From an uncultured Chromatiales bacterium (GTDB taxonomy: Bacteria; Pseudomonadota; Gammaproteobacteria; SZUA-140): a DNA stretch of 64,000 bases. The notes beneath the pieces are model-generated. The model was not told the DNA's origin. It searched no databases and saw nothing but the letters and a program-made list of their open reading frames with translations. Shown one piece after another: positions 1-9,613 of the stretch. A program made the position numbers and the translations under genes. How positions within the stretch are numbered: position 1 is the first letter of the stretch; each line of letters starts with the position of its first letter. Location: the NCBI GenBank assembly GCA_964388175.1, contig CAYLYS010000004.1:2347-66346 (forward strand). Direction: 5' to 3'.

Positions 1-467
1 ATGAAGCTGAGCGCCGGGGTACCCAGCAGCAGAGCCAGCGCCATGATCAACAACTGCTCACCGGTCAGGCCGAACTGCAAGCCCAATAGGGGCGATATCA
101 GCACCAGCGGCGCGCCCGTCACCAGCCAGTGCGCGGCCACCTTGCCGAGCACGAGCAGCGACAGGGGCTGCGGCGCGAGCAACATCTGCTCCAGCGTGCC
201 GTCACTGTAATCCGCGTCGAACAGTCGCCCCAGCGACAGCATCGAGGCGAGCAGCGCGGCAACCCACACCACACCGGGGCCGATGACACCGAGCGTCTGC
301 ATTTCCGGCCCGACACCGAGCGGGAACAGGCTGACCACGATGACGAAAAAGAACAAGCCGGTCATGACGTCGACCGGACGGCGGCCTGCCAGCATCAGAT
401 CACGCGCCAGCACACACTGCAACACGCCCAGCATTCCGCCACCGGATCCGCCGCCGGTATCGCTCAT
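1..467 (-). CDS. ccmB: Heme exporter protein B (CcmB), N-terminal part; gene runs off the window start
   Basis: Manual translation of the minus strand from ATG at 467..465 gives MSDTGGGSGGGMLGVL..., and the conserved CcmB motif LFDADYSDGTLEQ lies near 199-234. The ATG overlaps the ccmA stop (ATGA). It is not in the ORF track because no stop falls inside the window. Confidence 0.75.
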   Translation of the reverse strand, partial: MSDTGGGSGGGMLGVLQCVLARDLMLAGRRPVDVMTGLFFFVIVVSLFPLGVGPEMQTLGVIGPGVVWVAALLASMLSLGRLFDADYSDGTLEQMLLAPQPLSLLVLGKVAAHWLVTGAPLVLISPLLGLQFGLTGEQLLIMALALLLGTPALSF

Positions 468-1084
468 GCGCCCATCCTGATCTGTTTCATGACGGCGGCG
501 CCGATAGACACCTGCTGGTGGGTCGTCAGCACGACCAGTCCATCCCGTTCCAGATGCGTTCTGATTGCCGATTGCAACAGTTCGACCGCGCCGCTGTCGA
601 GCGCGGTGAACGGTTCATCGAGCACCCACAATCGCGCCTTGCTGAGCAGCAACCGCGCCAGTCCTACCCGGCGCTTCTGCCCCTGCGACAGCACTTTCGC
701 AGGCAAATCCTCCAAACCCGTCAGCCCCATGCGGGCCAGTGCCGCCAGGACTTCTTCTTCGCCGGCTGGATACCCGCCCAGCCGGCTGCCGATGTGCAGA
801 TTCTCCAAGCCGCTCAAATCATCCTTCAGGGCATGATGATGACCGCAGTAGAGCAGTTCGGCTCGGAAGAGCTCGCCCAATGCGCGGATATCCTCTCCGC
901 CCCAGAGAACGCGGCCATCGGCCGGCAAGGCCAGGCCGCAGATCATGCGCAGCAGGGTGGTCTTGCCGCTGCCGTTCGGACCGTTGACGTACAGCAGCTC
1001 GCCCGCCCGCAATTCGAAATCCAGACCGGAAAACAGACTGCGATCACCACGGACCGCGGCCAGCGCGGCACCGTTCAGCATCAC
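464..1084 (-). CDS. ccmA: Cytochrome c biogenesis heme exporter ATP-binding protein CcmA (System I)
   Basis: 206 aa. Walker A GPNGSGKTT, ABC signature LSQGQKRR and Walker B LWVLDEP. Length and order (ccmA then ccmB) are typical. Confidence 0.85.
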   Translation of the reverse strand: MMLNGAALAAVRGDRSLFSGLDFELRAGELLYVNGPNGSGKTTLLRMICGLALPADGRVLWGGEDIRALGELFRAELLYCGHHHALKDDLSGLENLHIGSRLGGYPAGEEEVLAALARMGLTGLEDLPAKVLSQGQKRRVGLARLLLSKARLWVLDEPFTALDSGAVELLQSAIRTHLERDGLVVLTTHQQVSIGAAVMKQIRMGA

Positions 1085-1202
1085 TCAGACCTCGCCCCCG
1101 CAACCGAACGCGCGATATTTTATCATATGTGATTCGAGTTGTAGGGCATGGAGCGAGGAAGGCCCGCTGAAATCGGGGTTTATATTACGCAAGATGACCC
1201 TG

Positions 1203-1254
1203 AGAAGATAGCGGGGAAGATAGCGGGAGAAGGCCACGGCGAAGATAGCCGCAG
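1203..1254. repeat. Four tandem 13-bp direct repeats (GAAGATAGCGGGG / GAAGATAGCGGGA / degenerate GAAGGCCACGGC / GAAGATAGCCGCA) in the ccmA-moxR divergent intergenic region
   Basis: Read directly at 1203-1254 with 13-bp periodicity. It sits about 100 bp upstream of the moxR start. Confidence 0.5.
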
Positions 1255-1353
1255 CCTGCGCGCGGCTGCCCGCCATGACAGCGAAGCGGACGGCGCTGCG
1301 TGCCCTTTCCATGCTTTTCTAGTATCTTGCTAGCTTCTCTTTTGCAGAGCCTC

Positions 1354-2331
1354 ATGAATACCGGAATCGATTCACTGCGCAGACACATCGAACGCGAGAT
1401 CGTCGGTCAGTCTCATCTGATAGAGCGTTTGATGGTCGGTCTGCTCAGCGGCGGGCACATGCTGATCGAGGGCGTGCCCGGCCTGGCAAAAACCACCGCG
1501 GTGCGCACGCTCGCCGGCGGACTGGCATTGAGCTTTCAGCGCATCCAGTTCACTCCCGACATGATCCCGGGCGATATCACCGGCTCGGACATCTATCTCC
1601 CCCAGGAAGGATTCTTCCGCTTTTCCCCCGGACCGGTGTTCAGCGACATCGTGCTCGCCGACGAAATCAACCGCGCACCGCCCAAGGTACAGTCGGCCTT
1701 GCTCGAAGCGATGCAGGAACGCCAGATCACCGTCGGCGGCAACAGCCACGCGCTGTCCGAGATCTTCATGGTTATCGCCACCCAAAATCCGCTCGAACAG
1801 GAAGGGACCTATCCCCTGCCCGAAGCCCAGCTCGACCGTTTCCAGCTGAAGCTCCGCGTCGATTACCCCGCCGCCGAAGACGAACTGCAGATGCTGCGCC
1901 TGGACCACCGCCGCGGCAGCACAGCATCCGCGCCGGCCATACCGTCAGTCACATCTGAAGCCGCGCCGCCGCTCACGCGCGAGGGCCTGCTCGCCGCGCG
2001 GCAGGCGGTGCGGGCCGTCTATCTCGACGAGATGCTGGAACGCTACATCGTCGCCCTGGTCGGCGCAACGCGCGCCGCGGCGCAATGGGACGAGGAGCTC
2101 GGCACCTGGATCGGACACGGCGCCTCCCCGCGCGCCAGCCTGGCGCTGGCGCATACCGCGCGGGCGCGCGCCTATCTCGGCGGCCGCGATTTCGTCGAGC
2201 CGGACGATATCGTCGCACTGGCGTCCGAGGCACTGGGGCACCGCATCGGCCTGACCTTCACCGCGCGCGCCGCGGGCGTGGACGAAGCGCAGGCCGTCGC
2301 CCGCATCGTCGCATGCGTACCGATACCCTGA
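1354..2331 (+). CDS. MoxR-family AAA+ ATPase
   Basis: GVPGLAKTT Walker A, DEINRAPPKVQSALLEAMQE and the MoxR-typical IATQNP motif. Start chosen at MNTGIDSLRR (internal M of ORF 1300..2331). Confidence 0.85.
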   Translation: MNTGIDSLRRHIEREIVGQSHLIERLMVGLLSGGHMLIEGVPGLAKTTAVRTLAGGLALSFQRIQFTPDMIPGDITGSDIYLPQEGFFRFSPGPVFSDIVLADEINRAPPKVQSALLEAMQERQITVGGNSHALSEIFMVIATQNPLEQEGTYPLPEAQLDRFQLKLRVDYPAAEDELQMLRLDHRRGSTASAPAIPSVTSEAAPPLTREGLLAARQAVRAVYLDEMLERYIVALVGATRAAAQWDEELGTWIGHGASPRASLALAHTARARAYLGGRDFVEPDDIVALASEALGHRIGLTFTARAAGVDEAQAVARIVACVPIP

Positions 2332-3212
2332 GCGCCGCGCGGCGCGATGCGCCGCTGATCGGCGACGAGGAACTCGAACGCCTGCGTCTGCTCGCCCTGC
2401 AATACCGCGCGCGCCGCCATGCCGTGGGCGCCGTGGCCGGCGGCCGCCCCGGCCGGCGCCGCGGCGCCGGCATGGACCTGCACGACACCCGCCCCTACCA
2501 AGCGGGCGACGATGTCCGCCACCTGGACTGGCGCGCCACCGCGCGCAGCGGCAAACCCCTTACCAAGGTATTCATCGCCGAACACAGTCACGATATCTGC
2601 CTGCTCATCGACCGCCGGCCCGGCATGCTGTTCGGCACCCGGCATGAACTCAAGGCAACGACGGCGGCGCGCCTGGCCGCGACGCTCGCTTTCCACACTC
2701 TCGCCGACCATGGCGCCGTATCGGGGCTGGTGCTTGCCGGCGGTGCGCGCTATTTTCCGCCGCGCAAGACAGCGGCCGGCGTATTGCCGCTGCTGCGCGC
2801 CGCGGTCGCAGCGCCCGGCGATCAGGCCATCGACGGCACCGTAATGCCGACCGCCGCACCGCCCGTAACGCCCGCCCTGCTCTACATCATCAGCGATTTT
2901 CGCGATGTCATTCAGAGCGCAGCCACCGTGGCGGACTATGTGCCCGCCGGGCAGCGCGCCGCGGTAGCCGTGCGTATCGTCGATGAAGCGGAGCAGCGCC
3001 TGCCGGCAGCGGGCATCCTGCGGCTGGTAGCGCCCGAAGGCGGCGCCCCGATCGAGGTCGACACGCGCGATCCGGAACTGCGCCGGCGCTATCAGGCGCT
3101 TGCCGCGCAGCGCAGCGCCGAACTCGCGCGGCAGTGCGCGTTGCACGGCATCACGCTGCACACCATCACCAATTGCCGTGATCTGCATCCGCAGATCGAA
3201 GCCCTGCTGTAA
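2313..3212 (+). CDS. DUF58-family protein (MoxR-associated, VWA-like)
   Basis: Conserved DUF58 core: YQAGDDVRHLDWRATARSGKPLTKVF. It overlaps the moxR 3' end and continues the operon. Confidence 0.8.
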   Translation: MRTDTLSAARRDAPLIGDEELERLRLLALQYRARRHAVGAVAGGRPGRRRGAGMDLHDTRPYQAGDDVRHLDWRATARSGKPLTKVFIAEHSHDICLLIDRRPGMLFGTRHELKATTAARLAATLAFHTLADHGAVSGLVLAGGARYFPPRKTAAGVLPLLRAAVAAPGDQAIDGTVMPTAAPPVTPALLYIISDFRDVIQSAATVADYVPAGQRAAVAVRIVDEAEQRLPAAGILRLVAPEGGAPIEVDTRDPELRRRYQALAAQRSAELARQCALHGITLHTITNCRDLHPQIEALL

Positions 3213-3703
3213 TGGACGCCGCCGCGCCGATCGAAACCCTGGCCGCCCTGGCCGACATCGAGATCCCGGCGCCGCCCGCGCCGGCGACACCGCTGCTGGC
3301 GCTGAGTGTGCTCATTCTGATACTGGCAGCAGCGGCGCTATGGCTGCTGCTCAGCCGCCGACGCAAGCCACCGCAAACACCGACACCTCATCCATCGACA
3401 CTGGCCGACGAAGCGCTGCGACGCCTGGATGCGCTGCATGAGGAGTGGCGCGCGGGAAAAACGGAAGATCGCGAAACCGCCTACCGCTTGTGCGCGCTGC
3501 TGCGCATCGGCATGACATTGCACAGACTCGATCCGGCCCTGCCACCAGCGTGCGCGCCGGCGGCGGAATGGTCGGCGTGCCTGCATGCGCTGCGCCGGCC
3601 ACGCTATAGCGCGCACGGCGGCGCCATCGATGCGGCGGTCTTCGAATCGATACGGCACTGGCTGGCGGCGCATCGCACCGGAACGGAAGCCGCCCATGTT
3701 TGA
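3212..3703 (+). CDS. Small membrane protein of the Bat/MoxR operon (DUF4381-like)
   Basis: One hydrophobic helix (LLALSVLILILAAAALWLLL). Its position between the DUF58 and VWA genes is conserved in bat-like operons. TAATG start/stop overlap. Confidence 0.5.
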   Translation: MDAAAPIETLAALADIEIPAPPAPATPLLALSVLILILAAAALWLLLSRRRKPPQTPTPHPSTLADEALRRLDALHEEWRAGKTEDRETAYRLCALLRIGMTLHRLDPALPPACAPAAEWSACLHALRRPRYSAHGGAIDAAVFESIRHWLAAHRTGTEAAHV

Positions 3704-4673
3704 CTTCGGTGCGCCTGCATGGCTGATTCTCCTGCCGCTGCCCGCACTGCTGTGGCGACTGCGCAGCCGGCAGCACAACGAAGGCGCGCTGATCCATCCG
3801 CTGACGCAGCTCATCGGCACGCTGCCGGCCGGCAGACGCAACACGCTGATCTCGCCGCATGCGCTGTGGGTCATCGGCTGCGCACTGCTGATCCTCGCCC
3901 TGGCGCGGCCGCAGTGGCTGGACAACGACGCCGCCAGGCTCGATCCCGGCCACAACATCGTTTTCGCCGTCGACGTATCGGGCTCGATGCGCGCGCTCGA
4001 CTACCTCGACGGCGACCAGCGCATCAGTCGCCTGGACAAGGTCAAACAATCGCTCGAGCGCTTCCTGCGCAACGGCAGCGCGATGCGCGCCGGCATCATC
4101 GTCTTCGCCGACGATGCCGCCACGCTGTTGCCGCTGACCCATGATCTGGCGCTCGCCGCCGAGATGAGCACGGAAATAAACAGCAGCCTGGCCGGCGAGC
4201 GCACCGCCATCGGCAACGCCATCGCGCTCGCCGTGCAGCGACTGGAACACACGCCGGGCGAGGCGCGCATCCTGGTGCTGCTCAGCGACGGCACCGATAC
4301 CGCCGGCACCATCCGCCCGGCCGACGCCGCCGAACTGGCGCGGGCGCATGATGTGCGCATCTACACCGTTGCCTTCGGCAGCACCGGCAGAGTACCGTTT
4401 CCGCTCGGCAACGGCGAAGTGATCTACCGCGAACTGCCGCCGGACAGCGCGCTGCTCGAAGCACTGGCGCAGCACACCGGCGGGGTTCACTTCAGCGTGC
4501 GCGAAGCAAGCGATATGGACGCCATCCTGGAGCAGATACATGCGCTGGAAAAAACCCGCATTCCCGCACCCGCGCCGGCATGGCAATGGTACTGGCTGCC
4601 GGCGCTGCTCGGACTGCTCTGCGTGCTGCATGCCGAATACCGCCGCCAGCGGGAAATGACGAACGCACGATGA
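3696..4673 (+). CDS. VWA-domain protein BatA-like (membrane anchored)
   Basis: N-terminal TM segment, then a VWA MIDAS motif (VFAVDVSGSM ... LLSDGTDT). Internal ATG at 3696 in frame with ORF 3585..4673. Confidence 0.75.
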   Translation: MFDFGAPAWLILLPLPALLWRLRSRQHNEGALIHPLTQLIGTLPAGRRNTLISPHALWVIGCALLILALARPQWLDNDAARLDPGHNIVFAVDVSGSMRALDYLDGDQRISRLDKVKQSLERFLRNGSAMRAGIIVFADDAATLLPLTHDLALAAEMSTEINSSLAGERTAIGNAIALAVQRLEHTPGEARILVLLSDGTDTAGTIRPADAAELARAHDVRIYTVAFGSTGRVPFPLGNGEVIYRELPPDSALLEALAQHTGGVHFSVREASDMDAILEQIHALEKTRIPAPAPAWQWYWLPALLGLLCVLHAEYRRQREMTNAR

Positions 4674-6439
4674 ACGCGCCCTGGTCGATCGCCCTGCAAT
4701 ATCCCGCCGGCCTGCTGCTGCTGCCGCTCTGCGGTGCGGTATTCCTGCTCCTGCGCCGCATCCGCCCCTGGACCGCTTTTGCCGAAGCACGCCTGCTGCC
4801 CTGGTTGATACCCCGGCTGATACCCCGACGGATACCGGGAGCAGCGCATGACGGCAGCCGCCGACTGATCGTTACCGCCTGGCTGCTGATCGCCGTTGCC
4901 GTCAGCGGCCCCTATCTGACCGCCGGTGGTGAAAAACCGGCGCGTCCCGCGCTCGATATCGCATTGGTGATGGATATCTCGCCCTCGATGACGGCGAACG
5001 ATCTCGCTCCCGATCGCCTGCAGCGCGCCCGCCTGGAAGCCTACGATCTGCTGCACCGGCTGGGCGGCAACCGTGTCGCCCTCATCGCCTATTCCGGCTA
5101 CGCTTACCGCGTCCTGCCGCTGACCCATGATCTCCCGCTGGTACGCGGCCATATCGAAGCGCTCGATCCGACGCTGACGCGACACCATGGCAGCAACCTG
5201 GTACAGGCGCTCGAATTCGCCGCGCAGGCGTTGACGGCATCCGCCGACGGCGGACGCGCCATCATCCTGTTGAGCGATGGCGAAAGCACGGACGGCGCCG
5301 AAGTCATGGCAACGGCCGAACGGTTCACGGCCCGCGGCATTCCGGTATTCGCACTCGGTGTGGGTACGACGGCAGGAGCGCCCGTGTCCGCCGGCAGCGG
5401 TCATATCCGCCGGCCCGACGGCAGTCCGGTCGTCTCGCGCCTCGACCGTGCGCTGCTGACCGCGATCGCCGCGCGCAGCGGCGGGCGGTATGCCGACGTA
5501 CGATCGGACGACGCCGACAGCGCGCACCTGCTCGCCGGCATCGCACGCTTGACGCCGCAGCATCCGGGACCGGCCACGCCCGCCGGCTATCCGCTCCATC
5601 CCTGGCTGCTCGCCGCCGCGCTCGTTCTCCTGCTGCTCGGCGGCCGGCGCTACCGTCCGCCTTCACGCACACTGGCTTCAGCGCTGGTGTTCGCCATTAC
5701 CTTCGCCGGCGCCGGCCTTCCCGACACCGCCTTCGCCGCCGGCTGGGAAGAGCGTGCCGCCCACCGCGCGCTGCAGGACGGCGACTATGACCGCGCCGCC
5801 ACCCTGTACGAAAGCATCGGCGGATACACCGGCCACATGGGCGCGGGCGCCGCCGCCTACCGGCGCGGCGCGTGGATGGAAGCGCGCGCCCTGTATCAAA
5901 CGGCATCCGCGCTTGCCAACGACGACACCGAACGCGCACTCGCCTACTACAACGAGGCGAACGCGCTTGCCCGCATGGGCCAGGTGCGCAAGGCCATCGC
6001 GCGGCTGGACGCTGCGCTGGCCTTGCATCCGAATCATGTCCGCGCCGCGCTCAACCGCGACCTGCTGCAGCGCGCGCTGGAACGCAAGGAAGCGCGTATC
6101 GGGGAAGAAACGATACTGCCGCGCATCGACGACGGCGTCGCCGACAGTGGCGCTGCCGGGTCGATCGACACCACTGCGGCGTCGGCCAGCCACAGCCGTG
6201 GGGAAGCCGGCGCCACGCCCGACCCCAGCGATCGCCCTGCGCTACCGGAAACGGCGTCGGCCATCCTCGCTGCCGATGCCGAAGAGACGCCGGCGCGCGC
6301 GATGCCGCTGCGTACAGCCGGCGACACCGCCGCGCTTGCCGCCGGCACGCTGCGTGACGATCCGCGCGAGGTGCTGCGCCATCGCTTCATGGTCATGGAT
6401 GCGAACCGCGTCCGCCTGCCGGAGCCGCAGACATGGTGA
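4670..6439 (+). CDS. VWA-domain protein fused to C-terminal TPR repeats (BatB/BatC-like)
   Basis: VWA motif DIALVMDISPSM ... LLSDGESTDG. The C-terminus has TPR-like repeats (YRRGAWMEARALYQTA ... YYNEANALARMGQVRKAIARLDAAL). ATGA overlap with the previous gene. Confidence 0.75.
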   Translation: MNAPWSIALQYPAGLLLLPLCGAVFLLLRRIRPWTAFAEARLLPWLIPRLIPRRIPGAAHDGSRRLIVTAWLLIAVAVSGPYLTAGGEKPARPALDIALVMDISPSMTANDLAPDRLQRARLEAYDLLHRLGGNRVALIAYSGYAYRVLPLTHDLPLVRGHIEALDPTLTRHHGSNLVQALEFAAQALTASADGGRAIILLSDGESTDGAEVMATAERFTARGIPVFALGVGTTAGAPVSAGSGHIRRPDGSPVVSRLDRALLTAIAARSGGRYADVRSDDADSAHLLAGIARLTPQHPGPATPAGYPLHPWLLAAALVLLLLGGRRYRPPSRTLASALVFAITFAGAGLPDTAFAAGWEERAAHRALQDGDYDRAATLYESIGGYTGHMGAGAAAYRRGAWMEARALYQTASALANDDTERALAYYNEANALARMGQVRKAIARLDAALALHPNHVRAALNRDLLQRALERKEARIGEETILPRIDDGVADSGAAGSIDTTAASASHSRGEAGATPDPSDRPALPETASAILAADAEETPARAMPLRTAGDTAALAAGTLRDDPREVLRHRFMVMDANRVRLPEPQTW

Positions 6440-8100
6440 GCCGGCGCCTGCCGGCATTCGTCCTGCTGCTGCTCACACTCAGCGGCGGCACGGCCTTCGC
6501 CGCCGAGTTCATCGCCGAGGTGGACAGAAAGGAACTCTACGTCAACGAACACGTGTTGCTCACGCTGTCGCTGAGCGACAGCGACACACGGCTGCGCGCC
6601 GAGGGCGTATCGCCCAACATCGACCTGACCGTGCTCAGCGATGATTTCGATCTGGGCACGCCGCAAGCCGATTTCCGCTTCAACATCGATCGCGGCCGGG
6701 GCCGATCGACTTCCAGCATCACCCTCGCGCTCTTTCCGCGCACGCCGGGGCGCGCGCGCATCCCGAGCTTCAGCGCGGACGGCGCCAGCACCGCGCCGAT
6801 CGAACTGCGCGTGCTGCCGCTGCCGGCCGACTCCACGCCGGAAGTATTCGCCCGCAGCGGCATTCTGCGCGATCGGCTCTACGTCGGTGAACAGACCCTG
6901 CTTTACCTGGATCTGTATCACCGCGTGGACATCGCCAGCGCCCGCTTCGGCGGCGCGCTCGATTCGCGTCCGCGCCTCGCGATCGAAGCGCATGCGCTGC
7001 CGGTCGAAGAACGCAGCGAAAACGTTTCCGGCATCAGCTATCGGGTGACCCGCAGCGCCTGGGCGGTCAGTCCGGTGAGCGGCGAAGATGTGACACTGCT
7101 GCTGCCGGACATCTGGATCGAAACCCGGCAGGGCCGCCAGTGGCGATTGCCCTTCAGCGAGGAACGCATCGACGTGCGTCCGCTCGCCGATGACGCACAG
7201 ACCCGGCCTGCCGCGATCGGGAAACCGCAGATCGAAATGCGCGCGCCCGAGACGATCGTCGTCGGTGAGGCCACGCCATGGGAGTTCGTCCTGCGCAGCC
7301 ATACCGCACTCAATGCGCTGCCGTCGAGCGCGCCGTTGCATGCCGCAGCGGACGGCCTGCGGGTATACATGGATCCGCCGCTCAAGCGCCTGGAAACAGT
7401 GGCCGGCGCGGCGGATGGCGCAGTGAACGATGCGGTCGAAAGCACGGTCGTCTACCGCGGATTTCTGCTCGCCGACGCCGCCGGCGACTATCTCACGCCG
7501 ACCATCAGCCTGCCCTACTACGACACGGCCAGCGACCGCGTCGAAATCCTGGAGGTCGCGGGCAGCGCTTTGCGGGCGCTGCCCGCGCCGACGCTTGCCG
7601 GCAACGCCATGGCGCTTCCCGCGGCGGAATCAGCGCCACCCGGCGCAGAGGTGCGCGGCGCCCACGGCATCTGGCCTTGGCTGACGGCAACGCTGGCGCT
7701 GCTGTGGGTTGCCACGCTCGGGGGATGGTTATGGCAAAGCGGTATCGTGCGCGCCAGGCACGCCGTGGTGAAACCGCGCGCCGCGGCGACCGGCAGTGAC
7801 GGCGACCCACTGCAGCGACTGCTCGCCGCGCTCGACGCGCGCACGCTGGAACAGGGACTGCGCAATTGGCTCACGGCATACGGGCCGGACGACGCCGTCG
7901 AAAATGCGGTGCGCGCGGTACAGCGCCGGCGCTATCATCCGCATCGCGCGGATGCAAACGGCGACGATGATGTAAATAAAGCGGTGGCTGAAGCGCTACG
8001 CTGCCTGGACGGCAGAATCGTACGGGCGGAAACGCCTGTTCCATCACGCGATATCTGGTCCCCCGCCGCCTTCCATCCCGGCAGGACACGGGCGCCTTAG
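6433..8100 (+). CDS. BatD-like (oxygen-tolerance) protein with signal peptide and C-terminal TM
   Basis: 555 aa. Signal peptide LLLLTLSGGTAFA, a long extracytoplasmic domain and a C-terminal hydrophobic helix (WPWLTATLALLWVATLGGWLW). Terminal position in the MoxR-VWA operon. Confidence 0.65.
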   Translation: MVSRRLPAFVLLLLTLSGGTAFAAEFIAEVDRKELYVNEHVLLTLSLSDSDTRLRAEGVSPNIDLTVLSDDFDLGTPQADFRFNIDRGRGRSTSSITLALFPRTPGRARIPSFSADGASTAPIELRVLPLPADSTPEVFARSGILRDRLYVGEQTLLYLDLYHRVDIASARFGGALDSRPRLAIEAHALPVEERSENVSGISYRVTRSAWAVSPVSGEDVTLLLPDIWIETRQGRQWRLPFSEERIDVRPLADDAQTRPAAIGKPQIEMRAPETIVVGEATPWEFVLRSHTALNALPSSAPLHAAADGLRVYMDPPLKRLETVAGAADGAVNDAVESTVVYRGFLLADAAGDYLTPTISLPYYDTASDRVEILEVAGSALRALPAPTLAGNAMALPAAESAPPGAEVRGAHGIWPWLTATLALLWVATLGGWLWQSGIVRARHAVVKPRAAATGSDGDPLQRLLAALDARTLEQGLRNWLTAYGPDDAVENAVRAVQRRRYHPHRADANGDDDVNKAVAEALRCLDGRIVRAETPVPSRDIWSPAAFHPGRTRAP

Positions 8101-8142
8101 CGACGCCCGGATAGATATTCCGGTATAGATCCCGGGATACGC

Positions 8143-8844
8143 TTAAGGACCCGCCAGTTCCCGCTCGACGAGCGCATCGACCGTTTGCAACAGGCTTTCG
8201 ACGTTGGCAGCCATGCTGGCGTCGACGCGATACCGGCCATTGACGATGAAACTCGGCGCGCCGGCGAGCTCATAGCGACGGCTGACGGTCTGCGCATTGC
8301 GCACCTTCGCGCTCACCGCGCTGCTGCGGAAAACGCTGAGGAAGCGCGTCCGGTCCACGCCATGCTCGGCGAAGAAAGCGGCAAGCTCTTCTTCCCTGTC
8401 CAGTGCGCGGCCGTGACGATGCAGCGCATTGTACAAAGGCATGTGTATGCGATCGAGAACGCCCAGCGCCTCGGCGGCAAAGAAAGCGCGTGCGTAATAA
8501 ACCATGTGACTGCCGATCACCGCCGGCAGACGCCGGAAAGTGACGTTCTCTTGCCGGCTGTTTATCCAGCGCTCGAGCGCCGGCTCCACCATGAAGCAGG
8601 TCTGGCAGTCATACCAGAGGAACTCGATGACCTCTACCGTTCCGGATGCGGCTTCCACGCTCTGCGGCTCGGCCAGTTCCTTGTAACTGGTGCCGGGAAT
8701 CAAACCCTGCCCGCCCTGCGCCCAGGCGCCGCCACAACACCACAGCGTGAGCAGCAGCGCAGCGGCACACAGGCGCGCGGACACCCGTCCGGACATCCTC
8801 GACCGTTCCATCACCGCGCTCATCCCGCTCACTACTGGCTGCAT
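8143..8844 (-). CDS. DsbA-family thiol:disulfide oxidoreductase (true start probably an internal Met around 8796)
   Basis: Thioredoxin-fold CxxC active site (WYDCQTCF) in a periplasmic protein of about 210 aa with signal peptide LCAAALLLTLWCCGGAWA. Same strand as and immediately downstream of ccsA and the TPR gene. Confidence 0.7.
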   Translation of the reverse strand: MQPVVSGMSAVMERSRMSGRVSARLCAAALLLTLWCCGGAWAQGGQGLIPGTSYKELAEPQSVEAASGTVEVIEFLWYDCQTCFMVEPALERWINSRQENVTFRRLPAVIGSHMVYYARAFFAAEALGVLDRIHMPLYNALHRHGRALDREEELAAFFAEHGVDRTRFLSVFRSSAVSAKVRNAQTVSRRYELAGAPSFIVNGRYRVDASMAANVESLLQTVDALVERELAGP

Positions 8845-8854
8845 CGCCGGCTCC

Positions 8855-9613
8855 TCATCGGCCTATGGGTATGGTCAGATCCCGCGCCGCCGAAGCACTA
8901 CCTGGAGCAGCGACCGGCGCATCACGATCCGGCAGATTGCGGTCCACCCATTCACGGGTTCTTTCTTCTATCCACTGACGCTCGTGCTCCGGCAAGGGGC
9001 CGCGCGCGATCCGCACATCCCACTCCCACAGCGCCGAGCGCGCCTGACGCACGAAAGGATCGTCCTCTGGCGCGAGATGGATATAAGTGCGCATCGCACC
9101 CAGGGCGCCTTCCAGATCCTCGAGCGCTTCCAGCGCCACCGCCAATCCCCAATAGGCATTGCCCTGAAAAGGCTGCAGTTCGGTGGCGGCGAGGAAGAAA
9201 TCGCGCGCCGTGTCGTAACGCTCGAGTCCGAGCAGCGCATAGCCGAGATTGACATAGGCCTCCGGCAGACGCGGAGAGAGCGCGATGACGCGCTCGAGCG
9301 CGACGATGGCTTCCTCGTACCGGCGCGCGTGCAGCATGACCACGGCCTGCTCGAAACGCTGCTCGATCTCGGCCATGCGCGGATCGACCGGCGCCTGGCG
9401 CGATGTCTCTTGCCGCGCCGGCTGCTGCGGCTGCACCGCGGAAGCCGCCGCGACGACACGTGACGGCGATTGTCCGGGAAGATGCGCATTGAGCAGCAGC
9501 GATTTCAGATCGGGCCGCATCGCCAGCATGAAGATGGTGCACAGGATGATGCCGACGATGCTGAGCGACAGCGCCGATATCGCCGATTCATGCGGGTGCC
9601 GGCGCACGCTCAT
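8855..9613 (-). CDS. Membrane-anchored TPR-repeat protein
   Basis: N-terminal TM helix (ISALSLSIVGIILCTIFMLA), then TPR-like repeats (YEEAIVALERVIALSPRLPEAYVNLGYALLGLERYDTARDFF ... GNAYWGLAVAL). ATGA overlap with the ccsA stop. Confidence 0.6.
   Translation of the reverse strand: MSVRRHPHESAISALSLSIVGIILCTIFMLAMRPDLKSLLLNAHLPGQSPSRVVAAASAVQPQQPARQETSRQAPVDPRMAEIEQRFEQAVVMLHARRYEEAIVALERVIALSPRLPEAYVNLGYALLGLERYDTARDFFLAATELQPFQGNAYWGLAVALEALEDLEGALGAMRTYIHLAPEDDPFVRQARSALWEWDVRIARGPLPEHERQWIEERTREWVDRNLPDRDAPVAAPGSASAARDLTIPIGR

Noticed and set aside
8101-8142. Perfect 10-bp palindrome ATCCCGGGAT (8129-8138) between convergent batD and dsbA
   Set aside because: Contains a SmaI/XmaI-type site and is short enough to occur by chance in GC-rich DNA. 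No flanking U/A tracts. At most a weak bidirectional terminator.
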